A stretch of DNA of 64,000 nucleotides from contig CM059432.1 in assembly GCA_030390025.1 (NCBI GenBank), positions 12,338,001 to 12,402,000 on the forward strand, written 5' to 3'. Position 1 is the stretch's first letter. Every line of letters starts with the position of its first letter. The notes beneath the pieces are model-generated. The model did not search any database. It was not told the DNA's origin and saw nothing but the letters and a program-made list of their open reading frames with translations. The position numbers and the translations under genes were made by a program. Shown in pieces: positions 1 to 12,857 of this stretch. Origin of the DNA: Squalus acanthias (lineage: Eukaryota).

Positions 1-64
1 CAGATATTCTCTTCAGAGCGGTCAGGAGATTGAGCAGGTTGGCTGTTGGTAAAGGAATTTATGT

Positions 65-539
65 GAAAGAAAGAAAGACTTGACTTGCATTTATATAGCG
101 CCTTTCACGACCACCGGACATCTCAAAGCGCTTTACAGCCAATGAAGTACTTTTTGGCGTGCAGTCACTGTTGTAATGTGGGAAACACGGCAGCCAATTT
201 GCGCACAGCAAGGTCCCACAAACAGCAATGTGATAATGACCAGATAATCTGGTTTTTTTTTGTGATGTTGATTGAGGGATAAATATTGGCCAGGACACCG
301 GGGATAACTCCCCTGCTCTTCTTCGAAATAGTGCCGCGGGATCTTTTACATCCACCTGAGAGAGCAGACGGGGCCTCGGTTTAACATCTCATCCGAAAGA
401 CAGCACCCTCTGACAGTGCAGCACTCCCTCAGCGCGGCACTGGGAGTGTCAGCCTAGCTTTATGTGCTCAAGTTCCTGGAGTGGGACTTGAACCCACAAC
501 CTTCTGACTCAGAGGCGAGTGTGCTACCAACACAGCTGA
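65..539 (-). mobile_element. Deu-domain tRNA-derived SINE (SacSINE1-like), near full length
   Basis: On the minus strand: tRNA-like head with B box GGTTCAAGTCCC, Deu-domain core (ttcgaagaagagcaggggagttatccccggtgtcctggccaat), L2-like tail aaggcgctatataaatgcaag plus (tctt)n. Confidence 0.85.
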
Positions 540-544
540 AGGGC

Positions 545-2550
545 GAGAGTGAGTAAGGACAGGAGGGTAGAGACACTGGAGAAATGGAGGCTACGGGAGG
601 TTAGGTTGAAATCATTGAAGATGAAGAATTGCTCGATGCAGAGGCCAAGGGAGGAGAGCTCGTTGAGCAAGTGACGCAGGGCTTGGGAGAACTGAATACT
701 ATGAATGAGAGTTGGGATGGATCGAAGAGGCTGAGGTACTCGAAGAAAAAGGTGCTAGAGGAAGAAAGGGCACGGGACTTGTTGATAAGAGCTGTGGCAC
801 CACTGCACCGGCTTGAGATGGAATATATAATCAGGTGGGGAGGTTATGGTGAGGGGAAAGTGGTGTCACCGATAAACCACATTTGTTATTGCCAGGTTAT
901 CCAGGTCATAGATGAAGAGGGCCTTACTTGGCCTTATTTGGAAGGAAATGAGCATTCTATAGGGAGTGGGGTCATGATGAAAAGTCAACAAGTGGGTCAG
1001 TGGGAAGGGACATGGAAGAGGAGATTAGAGAGGTTAACTCCCAAGGAGCGAGCTGGGTAAGATGGCTGTCAGGAGTGGCGGGCGAGACAGTTGGTGTTGC
1101 TGCTCTGGGACAGCCACGCTGAGCATGGAGGAGAATGCCAAGGGAGGCACAGAGGGAAGCTGTGGGCTCAAACAGGGCCTCGAGCCATGGACGGCAACAG
1201 CAGAGAAGACAGGCTGAGTGGCAGTGCTGAGTGGAAGGATCGAAAGAGGCTTGCTGCTGGATAAGGGGAGGCGAAAGGACCACGGCCAACGTTCCCGTTA
1301 AGCGGGGCAGACGCGCAGCGGTCCGGAGGTCCCGCGCAGGCCGCTCACCGGCTTTTACACGGGAGAAACCGCGCATGCGTGAAAATTTGAATGGGCTGCG
1401 CAGCCCGTTAAAGGGGCCGTGCACCAAAAAAAAAGACAGGGAACGTCGGCCATGGCTGCTTGAGATGGAGGAGAAGAGCGGAAAGAGCAGCAAGCTAAGG
1501 AGGGGCAGCAAATGGCCTTAAGGGAAAATTGTGATGGGGGGGCTGGGTACCAGAACAGCAGTTGGTTATGCGTACACAAATGGCTGAACTCCACTGGCTT
1601 CTCGTCTTTACTCTGCTGCGGTGTTAGCTCTTGGACCAGTGGTAGCGTCAGGCATGGCAAGGAAGGATCATAGGGCGATGGCTGGTTTGGCAAAGGTAAC
1701 TCAGTCCAGATGGGAACCTCTCAGCAGGAGGCAGCAGTAGAATGCCAAACCTTTGTTCCTCTGCTAGCTTCCAGTGACAGCAAAGACCGGCAAGGGAGCA
1801 ACAGAAGAGTGAAGTCCAAGTTCAAGAGCCAGTAGAGCAGAGTTTGGTTAAGGAGTTCAGTTGGAGGAGTGGAGTGTGATCCAGCAAAATAGCGGAGGAG
1901 CAGAGTGAACCTAAGCAACCCAAAGCCGGGTCCAGCCCAGGACCTAGCGAATAGCCCAGGAAGCAAACACAGCAGCTAACTTTAGCCCAAGAGCTAACGC
2001 AACAGCAGAGTAAAGTCAAGAACCCAGCGGAATTCTGCCCAGGAACCCCGGGGAGCAAGCAAGGAGCCCTGGCTGGTCCAGTAGTGCAGAAGAGGAGTCC
2101 GAGATGGTCCAGGAGCAGAGCGCCAGTGGTGAAAGCAGAATCTAGGTCAAGGACAGGGTAAATCTGTGAGAGTCGGTGGTGGGGAAGGATGATGGGCAAG
2201 GTGGTCAGGAGAAGGTAGCTTTCATCTGTAGATTAAATAGCAGAGCACAGTCACGTCATCAGAAGAGTCCAGGGTGATCCAACAGAGCAGCTCAGTCCCA
2301 CTGGTAGAGGAGGCGAGAGGAACAAATAGGAACAGAGCCCAGCAGTGGAAGCAGCAATGAAATGAAGCGCAGATTAGCAGGGTAGACAATGTACTGTGAA
2401 GCAGGTAGCTTGAGTTCGTAGATTAACCCCAGACATGCCCACTATTACGGGACACGGGTCTCAACCAGCAAGGAAGAGGAGACTGGCGGGGGGAAGGGGT
2501 AAGGAAGGCAGTGGGTAAGGGGATAAGGTTGCAGGGCAGCTCAGTATGGA
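545..2550 (-). mobile_element. Old, degenerate L2/CR1-group LINE 5' portion (endonuclease region); upstream extent uncertain
   Basis: Minus strand near 600-640 gives LLIFNDFNL (GDFN-like) and near 860-900 a degenerate ETW-type motif, both typical of APE endonucleases; strong purine skew on the plus strand. Confidence 0.45.
1287..1448. mobile_element. hAT-type MITE (162 bp)
   Basis: Termini caacgttccc...gggaacgtcg (inverted); imperfect 8-bp TSD accacggc/gccatggc; partial copies at about 22224-22292 and 48205-48321. Confidence 0.7.
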
Positions 2551-3664
2551 GCTGCCAGCCCAGGTGCCAACTTGTAGACGAGGAACTCAGCGTGGAAGCT
2601 GGGACCAGGCAACCTTTCTGGTCTGTACGGTTCACCTCTGCACCGGGAGGACCACTGATCACCGCAACCCATGTGATATTGCTGATGTGTAGTCTGGAGC
2701 ACGGTGCTGATGTTTAGCTACTAGATTGCGTTGTATGTTTAAGGTCACCGTTCAAGTACTCCCCTGGCAAGAATTCAGATAACTGGAGATTCCTGAAGTG
2801 AATGAAGAGGTCAGTAAATCACAGGTTTCAGGTCGGATGAACCCAGGATGAAACGCCCGACTTCATCCCCTTTTAGGATCGTATTTTCATAACAAAGTTT
2901 GACTTTTGGAACATGCTGGACAGACACTCAACTTTAATAAAAAGCTGGATCATCAAGAAAAGGATAAAATATGGTTAAAGTAACAGCCATTGAAAGAGGT
3001 GGCAACCGTACGCTATAACTAGCTTATCAATTGAATGCTGCATACATCTAAACTGTACAGGCAAAACTAGTTTTACAAGAGACTTAAATTCATTTGTTTC
3101 CAATGCATGCAGACCTGAATTGTGTTTCTTGTACCTATGACCCAGACTTGGCTATCACTTTTGAGTCAAAACAAAAAGCAAAATAATTCAAGGATCCAGG
3201 GACTGATTAGCTGAATAACATTTTTAACACTCATTTCAAGAGATGACATTCGGACAATTACTAAATAAAATTTCTCAAAAAATAAAGCTCTAGATTTAAA
3301 ATACACAAGGTTCTCATCTTCGGAGGCAGAGTGTCAAACAAGGCCCAAGATAATATTTTCCTTCCTTGGTCTTAAAACAATATTAAATAAATTCATCCTT
3401 ACGTACCAGAAAGTTTTAAAGCACCTTCCTTTTTCTAAACAGAAAACCAGCACATTTATCAGTACCGGCTACAAGCTTATTGTGAAATGCAGCCAAATCA
3501 AAATTAACTGCATCGGAACTTTAATTTTGTCAACCCTCGTATGTAGGCATTAACAGACGGGAGAGGAAGAATGAAAAGAGACAATGCATCACTGAGTTTA
3601 CATTTGCAGTAACCAATGTATGTAGCAATACACCAGTGTGCCAAACTGCGCTTTTAATAAATTA

Positions 3665-4070
3665 CCCTCTCTGGAGTTAAGAAGAATGAGAGGTGGTCTC
3701 ATTGAAACGTGTAAAATTCTTCGAAAGCTTGACAGGGTAGATGCCGAGAGGTTGTTTCCCCCTGGCTGGAGTGTCTAGAACCAGGGGTCACAGTCTCAGG
3801 ATAAGGGATCGGCCATTTAGGACTGAGATAAGGAGGACTTTCTTCACTCAGAGGGTTGTGAATCTTTGGAATTCTCTGCCCCAGCGGGCTCAGTCGCTGA
3901 GTATATTCAAGACAGAGATCGATAGATTTTTGGACTCTTAAGGGACTCAAGGGATATGGGGATTGGGGGGAAAGTGGAGTTGAGGTCGAAGATCAGCCAT
4001 GATCTTATTGAATGGCGGAGCAGGCTCGAGGGGCCGTATGGCCGACTCCTGCTCTTATTGCTTATGTTCT
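3665..4070 (+). mobile_element. CR1 LINE 3' fragment
   Basis: End of ORF2 (SRTRGHSLRIR...FFTQRVVNLWNSLP), CR1 3'UTR and tcttatgt-type tail. Confidence 0.9.
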
Positions 4071-4910
4071 TATTGTACATGGTTTGCAAAAGGAGCAGTC
4101 TGAATGGCTTTTCTGATCACTTTATTACGACTCACCAATAATAAAATATTTAAACACAATATTAAAATAAAGTAAATCACAGTTCAGAAATATCAGTTTA
4201 TTTTATGATATACAAGATGGTAACGAAATTTGGGGGGAGATACTTGCTCCACAGAGCTTCCTATTAGGCATTGCCTGTACTTGCATGTGACAGTTGACAT
4301 AGCAAAATTGAATGGGTAATGTTGACATAGCAATTTACAATGGCAAATCCCACTAACAAACACACACACACACACACAATCTGTAGCAACATACACATCC
4401 AATTTACTCAAAATGGAAATATTCTAGGAGATGGTGGTGGTCACAGTGCAATGGCAATAATAGAATACGGTTTCAGACACATGGGATACTGATCTCAGCT
4501 GTACAGGTGCAGTGGATCTGCCTATTTTGGTTGATTTATTTCTGAATTTAGCCCCGAATGGGTGCAAATGCTATAGCTGATGTTGTGAACTGGCTTACAG
4601 GACTTGGTGAGTCTGATGGTGACAGGGTCTGTAACCCACAAATCTGAGCTGATTGGGATGGTTAAACTCATTCCAGCTTTCGGCAGGCTTTTTTGGGCCA
4701 GACTTAACAGATTCAGACAGATTTACATTTGACTTGCAGGCATCTGCGCACGACCCAGCGTTCAGGAATCGGCCGTATTCGCAAGAGCCTTTGGCAATGT
4801 AAAAGCAGCAAAAAAAAGTTCAGAACTTTGCCACCTTAGTCCAATTCAGATTTGGATATGATCCATAAGATTCTCTGACGTCAGCAGAGTGGCTCTAAGC
4901 TTTGTGCGTA

Positions 4911-5388
4911 AGAAAAGAAAGAAAGACTTGCATTTCTATCGCGCCTTTCACGACCACCGGACGTCTCAAAGCGCTTTACAGTCAATTAAGTACTTTTTGA
5001 AGTGTAGTCACTGTTGTAATGTAGGAAACGCGGCAGCCAATCTGCGCACAGCAAGCTCCCACAAAACAGCAATGTGATAATGACCAGATAATCTGTTTTT
5101 AGTGATGTGGTTTGAGGGATAAATATTGGCCCAGGACACCGGGGAGAACTCCCCTGCTCTTCTTCGAAATAGTGGCCTGGGATCTTTTACGTCCACCCGA
5201 GAGAGCAGACGGGGGCCTCGGTTTAACGTCTCATCTGAAAGACGGCACCTCCGACAGTGCAGCACTCCCTCAGCACTGCACTGGGAGTGTCCACCTAGCT
5301 TATGTGCTCAAGTCTCTGGAGTGGGACTGTGAACCCACAACCTTCTGACTCAGAGGCAAGTGTGCTACCCACTGAGCCACAGCTGACA
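4911..5388 (-). mobile_element. Deu-domain SINE (SacSINE1-like), full length
   Basis: A box tggctcagtgg, B-box region, Deu core and L2-like tail; closely similar to 65-539. Confidence 0.88.
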
Positions 5389-5946
5389 CTACAGAAGCAA
5401 CACGGTGGGAATTTGAGGGGCGGAAAGGGAAAAAAATGATTCAGATGTGAATATCTAGATAGGAATTCCCTCCCAAAACCAAGTTTCATCCTACTGACCT
5501 CTCACTCCTCCACTCACTACAGATTCGTTCCTCAAATATTTTTTACTTAGAAAAAAAAACTGCAACCACTTCCTTTTACCACATAAATTTGTTGCTGCTT
5601 TCTGTAACGAATGATGATGAGATATGCCATCAGACAGCATTTAAAAAAAAAGTTAATATTTCTAATGAGGCGTCACAGTAAACTTTTTCCACAAATTATA
5701 TTCACCGCTCAAGAATTGAAAATTAAATCACTCATTTTTAAACATCATCACCCCTCAACATTTCACACACATTTTATGGGCCTGACACTGAAAGGAATCA
5801 ACCCAATTACGTTATCCCTTTGAGTGCTGCCATCACAATGTGTGCACCACATAACATCTACACAAAAGGTGTCAAGAGAATGTAATGTCCAGGACAATCA
5901 AAATGGCTGATGGCTGTAAAGTTGTAAATTTTTTCTTGGTCACACT

Positions 5947-6352
5947 TCAGATGAGACGTTAAACTGAGGCCCCGTCTGCCCTCTCAGGTGGATGGAAAAG
6001 ATCCCATGGTGCTATTTCGAAGAAGAGCAGGGGAGTTATCCCCGGTGTCCTGGTCAATAGCTATCCCTCAACCAACATCACTAAAACAGATCATCTGGTC
6101 ATCATCAAGTTTCTGTTTGTGGGAGCTTGCTGTGCGCAAATTGGCTGCAGTGTTTCCCTCCATTATAACAGTGATTACATTTCAAACATGTACTTCATTG
6201 GCTGTAAAGCGCTTTGGGACGCCCGGAGGTCGTGGAAGGCGCTAGAGAAATGCAAGTCTTCCTTCCTTTCTTTCTTTCATTGGCTGGATAGCACTTTGGC
6301 ACATCCCGAGGTTATGAAAGGCGCTATTATAAATGCAAGCTTTTCTTTCTTT
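5947..6352 (+). mobile_element. Deu-domain SINE, 5'-truncated, with duplicated tail
   Basis: Deu core at about 6015-6055; the cattggctg...aaatgcaag tail occurs twice. Confidence 0.8.
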
Positions 6353-7305
6353 CAGTTGTGTCATGCTTTCAGTGGCACTGCATGAAAGTAGGCGTGCGAG
6401 GGTGATCAACGTTCCTGATGCTACCAGCTATTATATCTTTATTGCCGTGGCACATGTGCCTGGCAATGACCATGAGGTACATGGCCCAGGTCAGCTGGAA
6501 GCCAGGTAGGTATCTGCTGCAACACTGCACCATGGGTCTCACTATTAGCTATTAGGCCCATCTGAGAGCCAGTCGTGGTTGAGCAAGAACTAAACATCAG
6601 CCTAGCCTGTGTCGCTCTTGCCCGGAACTCCACGCCTTCCCCTCTGCCAACTCCATCCCCTTTTTTCTTTGGTTGCTTGTTCGGGCTGAACATGACAATG
6701 CACAACCCCCAGCGTCGAGCTCAACCGTAACCTGAATTCCCAATCCAACATCCAGTCCATCAACCAAGACTGCCCCACTTACACCTCTGAAACATCGCCC
6801 GTCTCTATTCCCATCTCATCACCACGGCCATTGAAATCCCCATCTATGCCTTTTTGTCATCTTTAGGCGCGACGGTTCAATGTCCTCATAACCAGCCTCA
6901 CGAGCTCAATCCTCCATAAACCATCGAGAACTCCTCACACGATCTCAAGCAAATTTACTGACGAGAAGGGCCATCCGGCCCTTCTTAATGTAGTTACCCA
7001 GAGGGATCAGTACGCAGCATTCGACTATTTCGTAAATGATCCCAGGGGTTTTTGCCTGCACTGCTCAAACTGCAAAGTTTATTTTACATGTCTGTGTGAA
7101 AAATTTCCGGATATCAGTCCTAAAGTTACCGTTTAGTTAGTTGTATGTCCCCTTGTGCCAATCCCACAGTTTAAAGTAATATTCCAGGCTAACTTTCTCT
7201 TTACTCTTCACAATCTGTATAGCTCGAAAAACTTCAGATTCGTCCTTTCCAATCTGAATAGCCCAAATCTATCCCGTTTTTCCTCATAATTCAAACCCCA
7301 GACGT

Positions 7306-8536
7306 GGGTCTCGATATTAATTCCCCTGGGGGGGAACGAGAGTGGGTTGGGATTTAAATAATGAAATTCGCAGAACCCGACTCCAACATGCTGCCATTTT
7401 TACGGTGGCGGAACGCTTATTAACATATTTCAAATCGGGCTCCTGCAGTGCAATTTAGAGCTCGATTTCAAAATTAACTCGTGCTGCACAGGTTTTCCAG
7501 GGCCCCTGGGGGTCGTTGGCAAACTCGGCAGTGAAAGGGGGGGGCGGGAGCTGCTGGTTCCTCAAGGTAAGTACCTCTTTCAGCAATCCTTGAGGGCTTG
7601 GAGGAGCAGGAGTGCTGCCCCCAGCCCGCCCCGCCCCCGCCCCCCCCCCCCAACCCACCATCCCCTGGTGAGACCACACCTGGAGTATTGTGTACAATTT
7701 GGGTCTCCTTACCTAAGGAAGAATATACTTGCCAATAGAGGGAGTGCAACAAAGGTTCACCAGACTGCTTCCTGGAATGGGGGGATTGTCCTATGAGGAC
7801 AGATTGAGTAGACTAGGCCTATATTCTCTAGAGTTTAGAAGAATGAGAGGTGATCTCATTGAAACATATAAAATTCTCTCAAGGGCTTGACAGGGTAGAT
7901 GCAGGGAGGATGTTTCCCCTGGCTGGGGAGTCTAGAACCAGGGGTCAGAGTCTCAGAATAAGGGGTCGGCCATTTAGGACTGAGATGAGGTGAAATTTCT
8001 TCACTCAGAGGGTGGTGAATCTTTGGAATTCTCTACCCCAGAGGGCTGTGGAGGCTCAGTCGTTGAGCATATTCAAGACAGAGATTGATAGATTTTTGAA
8101 TATTAAGGGAGTCAAGGGATATGGGGATAGTGCAGGAAAGTGGAGACGAGGTAGAAGATCAGCCATGATCTCATTGAATGGCGGAGCAGGCTCAAAGGGC
8201 CAAATGGCCTACTCCTGCTCCTATTTCTTATGTTCTTAAGGAAGCATTCGGCCTTCTCCAGCCCCCTCCCAATAGCCGGGGACCACCCCCCAAGGGTCTC
8301 TGTCTGCTGACACTTGCCAGTAGTGTTTCCTCCTGCCTGCCGGCCAGGCTGCCCATTCAGCTGCCGGGCAGTAGGCGGAGCTACAAGATGCAAATGAGGC
8401 CCTGCTGTTACGATCGGCAGGACCTCCGTGACTCCGGCCTTACCGGGTTCTTGGGCCCTTATTGGCCTCACCGTAAATATCGGGGCCCGAGGGTTAGCCA
8501 TTTGCCTCTTCATTCCGGCGCTTGAATATCTCTCCC
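7306..8536. mobile_element. GC-rich non-autonomous DNA element (Harbinger-like) split by a CR1
   Basis: Imperfect terminal inverted repeats gggtctcgatatt...aatatctctccc; GC-rich arms at 7306-7660 and 8240-8536. Confidence 0.5.
7664..8236 (+). mobile_element. CR1 LINE 3' fragment
   Basis: [12 protein letters not shown]...VVNLWNSLPQRAVEA, 3'UTR and tcttatgttctta tail. Confidence 0.92.
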
Positions 8537-8734
8537 GTTTCTGGGTGACCAGAACTGGACGCAGTACTTAAGCTGCAGTGCGATTCCCTCATAGCTTGGT
8601 GCCATCTACAAATTTGACCACTTCTCGTTGACTTTCTGAACGCAGGTCACTGATGTAAATTAGCAGTTGTGGTCCCAGGAGCAAGCCCGGATGTATCAAA
8701 CTCGGTATTTCCCTTCACTCCAACACAGCACCAC

Positions 8735-9880
8735 TAATGGGCCTGTGTTGCTTCCTATCCTTTCTAAATGATCTGGAGCTAGGAGGCACCGGCACAGTGA
8801 CTAAATCTGCACATGGTACAAAGCTAATGGAGGTGGTAGATTCCAAAGCTGAACAGGAGAAGCTACAGGAGGCTTTGAACGTACTTGGTAACTGGGCAAA
8901 CAGGTGGCAGATGAAATTCAATATAGAAAAATGCAAAGTGTTTCACCCGGGGACACAAAATTCAGGAAGGGACTATTATTTAAATGGAAAGAAAATATTG
9001 TGCATGGAAAATGAGAGCGATCTGGGGGGGTTCTGGTTGACAATAAATTGAAGCTATTGCAATAACGCTCGGCGGCAGTGAGTAAAGCAAATCAGACGCT
9101 GGGATGTATTAAAAGGTCAATAGTGAGCTGAAATAGTGAGGTAATCCTACCTACCACTTTATAAATCATTGGTGCGACCGCACTTAGAACACCGTGCACA
9201 GTTCTGGCTGCCACAGTACAAAAAGGATATTGCAGCTGTTGAAAGGATACAGAACAGAGAGCGACCAGAATGATTGAGGGAGTGGAGGGATTGGATTATG
9301 AGGAGCAATTGTGTAAAATGGGCCTATTCTCACTGGAAAAGAGAAGGCGGAGAGGTGATATGATTGCTATTTTTAGGACTCTAACGGGACTAGATAATGT
9401 AGACCATGACCAAGATATTTCACCTTGTCCAGAACAGTAGAACCAGAGCACACTGCCTGCGCTTGAAGGGGGGGTAAATTCAAAACCAATCAGCGGAAAC
9501 AATATTTCAGTGAGCGAGCGGTCAATCTATGGAACAGGCTCCCTAGGCAGATGGTGGAAGCGGTTAGTATTCATTCAAAAAATGCAAATTAGATAGATTT
9601 CTGTCAGTAAATAACATTTTGGGATTCAGCATATGAGTAATTTGCGACGCGACATGTGGTAAGTGTGGCATTGCTTGGGAGGAACAGGAGATTTTGGACC
9701 TACGGTTTTTACACGAGGGTTTTCCTCGTGTCATGTCTGGGTCTGTTATGAGACTAACTGATAAGGATTGATTGCTCTGATTAGTCAACAACTTCATTAT
9801 TTTTGTATCCTGCGACTACCAGGATGCTAAAAGACAAACTAGGTGGACCTTGGTGGTTTTTTCTCATCTATTAATTCCTA
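8735..9880 (+). mobile_element. Older, diverged CR1 LINE 3' part
   Basis: ORF 8737-9051 (LGNWANRWQMKFNIEKCKVFH) and downstream LVRPHLE-like motifs with frameshifts. Confidence 0.8.
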
Positions 9881-9890
9881 TCGTAAATTC

Positions 9891-11506
9891 AAATTCGGCT
9901 GCCCTCAAAAGTTTGCCACCATCCTCCGCCTGCTTCACGACGACATGCAAGCCACGATCCTGACCAATGGATCCACCACAGACCCAATTCATGTATGGAC
10001 CGGGGTCAAGCAAGGTTGTGTCATCGCACCAACGCTCTCCTCGATCTTCCTAGCTGCAATGCTCCAACACGGTGGCATAGTGAGCAACACGGTGGCATAG
10101 TGGTTAGCACTGTTGCCTCACAGCGCCAGGGACCCGGGCTCGAATCCGGCCTCGGGTGACTGTCTGTGTGGAGTTTGCACATTCTCCCTGTATCTGCGTG
10201 GGTTTCCTCCGGGTGCTCCGGTTTCCTCCCACAGTCCAAAGATGTGCGGGTTAGGTTGATTTGGCTATGATAAATTGACCCTTAGTGTTAGGGGGATTAA
10301 ATACGTGGGGTTACGGGGATAGGGTGGGATGTGTGTCGGTGCAGGCTCGATGGGCCGAAATGCCCTCTATCTGCACTGTGGGGATTCTGTGATTATCTCA
10401 CCCCTCAGTAAGCTCCCCGCTGGAGTGAAGCTAATCTACAGAACAAACGGGAAACTCTTCAACCTCCGTCGCCTCTAGTCCAGATCCAAGGTCGTCCCAT
10501 CCTCTGTCATCGAATTACAGTATGCAGAAGATGCTTGCGTCTGCGCTCACTCTGAGGTTGAACAATAAACCATCATCAACACCTTCACCGAAGCATACGA
10601 GAGCATGGGTCTTACACTAAATATCCGTAAGACAAAGGTCCTCTACCAACCTGCCCCCACCACACAGTACTGCTCCCCGATTATCAAAATCCATGACGAG
10701 GCCTTGGACAACGTGGACCACTTTTCATACCTCGGGAGCCTACGGTCAACAAGGGCAGACGTCGATGATGAAGTCCAACACCGTCTTCAGTGTGCCAGTG
10801 CAGCCTTCTGTCGCCTGAGGAAGAGAGTGTTTGAAGACCAGGACCTCAAACCCAGCACCAAGCTCATGGTCTACAGAGCAGTAGTGATACCCCCCCTCCT
10901 GTATGCTTCAGAGACATGGACCATGTACAGCAGGCACCTCAAAGCACTGGACAGGTACCACCAACGCTGCCTTCACAAGATCCTGCAAATCCATTGGCAG
11001 GATAGGCGCACCAACGTCAGTGTTCTCGCTCAGGCCAACATCCCCAGTATCAAAGCTTTGACCACACTCGATCAGCTCCGATGGACGGGCCACATTGTCC
11101 GCATGCCCAATACGAGACTCCCAAAACAAGTGCTCTACTCGGAGCTCCGGCACGGCAAGAGAACCCCAGGTGGGCAGAGGAAACGCTTCAAGGACACCCT
11201 CAAAGCCTCCTTGAAAAAGTGCAACACCCCCCATCGAAACCTGGGAATCCCTGGCCCAAGACCGCACAAAGTGGAGGAGAAGCGTCCGGGAAGGCGCTGA
11301 ACACCTCGAGTCTCTTCGCCGGGAGCAAGCGGAAGCCAAGCGCAAGTCAACCCAAGCACCCCACCCACCCGCCCCTTCAACCACCGTCTGCCCCACCTGT
11401 GACAGAGACTGTAGGTCCTGCATTGGACTCATCAGTCACCTGAGAACTCATTTTTAGTGTGGAAGCAAATCATCCTCGGTTCCGAGGGACTGCCTAAGAA
11501 GAAGAA
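9891..11506 (+). mobile_element. RTE-clade LINE, 5'-truncated, interrupted by an HE1 SINE
   Basis: GVKQGCVIAPTL, YA(D/E)D region, KTKVLYQP...LLYASETW...LRWTGHIVRMPNTRLPKQ...GQRKRFKD; ends with (aag)n tail. Confidence 0.92.
10067..10395 (+). mobile_element. HE1-type V-SINE inserted in the RTE
   Basis: tRNA head ggtggcatagtggttagcactgttgcctcacagcgccagggacccggg, V-domain gtgtggagtttgcacattctccc...ggtttcctcccacagtccaaaga, CR1/HER1-like tail; the first ~18 bp are tandemly duplicated. Confidence 0.88.
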
Positions 11507-12857
11507 ATAGACTGAAATGTGAAGTGGCTATCTAAGTGACGTGCAGAAAAGATGAGTGAATAGCTTTGTGTAGTCAGTGCTATTTGTAATTTTCTATAAG
11601 CATTTAGCAACTTCTCTTGCTGTTTTGTAGATTGCTGTAGCCCTTTTCCACTGTCATTACCTTTCTTCTGCTCTCCATTTGCATCAGATGAAGGGATAAA
11701 CTTGCTGTTATAATATTCCTTAGCGAAGTACTCAGCGGACAGCACAGGAGAACTCCCTTCGACAGAGTTTCCTGGCAGGTAAGTAACTGTCCAGCACTCC
11801 TTTCAATCAGAGACTCCCGAGAGCACATGCAGTGCAGCCAGCGCTAGCGCTGGCCCTCTGGGCAATTGGCTCTCACGCTTGCTGCAGCTTCTGGTTATTT
11901 GTGGGATATGCAGATGGCCAACTGGTTGCGAAATGGCACAAAAAAAGCTTGCACCTCTGTTGAAACTTTTTTCAGGCAATGCATAGGCCATTTGTTCTCT
12001 TGGGAAACTAAAGATCTTTAAAAAAAAAAAAAATTGCACTTCACCATTTTGCTGCAGAACCAGATCTGAAGTAGCCATTGAAATGTGCGCGCAAAACTTG
12101 TTCTGGCTACTCTGACAGCAAAGCAACAAACTGATTCATTTTCAGTTTGTTAATTGTGCAGTTGAGTAATTATTACAGGCTCCAACATTACTCACTGAGC
12201 AACAGGAACAGGGTTGAGAAAAAAAACATTTTAAACCACGTTTCAGGCCACTATAGGTTCCACTGGGTTAGTAGCTTTAGTAACCAGCGAGCAATCGGTT
12301 TCTCTTCATTCTTTTTGAGGAAAGCAGCATTTTGCCACAGATATTAGGTTTTAGAAAGATCAGCGTTTTCCATCTTTTCCAGAAGGCGCCTCGTGAAGCG
12401 TCTGATAAATATGTTCCGACTCTCAGGAATAGGATCGGAAAATGCTCAATTTAAAGGCAGTTCAACGTATCTGCAATGGTGTTTTTTTTAAAAAGTCTTT
12501 GTCTCTAAAAGAGCTAAATTTAAAAATAATATATTTTCTGTTAATGTTCCTCAACTGCTCAGTTAATTAAAATAAACGGGGGGCGGTGGGGGGGGGAAGA
12601 GAGGAAAGGTAGAAACCTAGGATAAAGATTCCATAATTGATTAAACACTGGGATAAATATTCCATAAAAGGATAAGAAAACTTTTATTTCAGAGATAAAG
12701 ACAAGCGACTGAATCACACCGGACATCAGGCAGTCCTGATGCAATGAGTTGGCCTCCCTTTGATGAGTCAGTAAATTCCAATTGCATCTTATAGCTTATT
12801 ATTTTATATGTATTGCAAATGCCTTCATCAGCCCCTTTCAAAAGCTGGTGGCTGGGT

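Larger units (their letters stand above)
6950..8725 (-). mobile_element. Old CR1 fragment (about 6950-7300 and 8540-8725) interrupted by later insertions
   Basis: Degenerate antisense CR1 ORF2 end on the left; continues after 8537 (gaccagaactggacgcagtact = antisense EYCVQFW; gccatctacaaattt = FADD-like). Confidence 0.55.

Noticed and set aside
2780..2815. Possible GNAL DLLRCRVLTSGIFE exon
   Set aside because: Only a TSGI-like fragment; the surrounding translation does not match and splice sites are absent.
11765..11786. U1 snRNA-like acttacctg on the minus strand
   Set aside because: Similarity stops after about 15 nt; it is just the complement of a consensus donor site.
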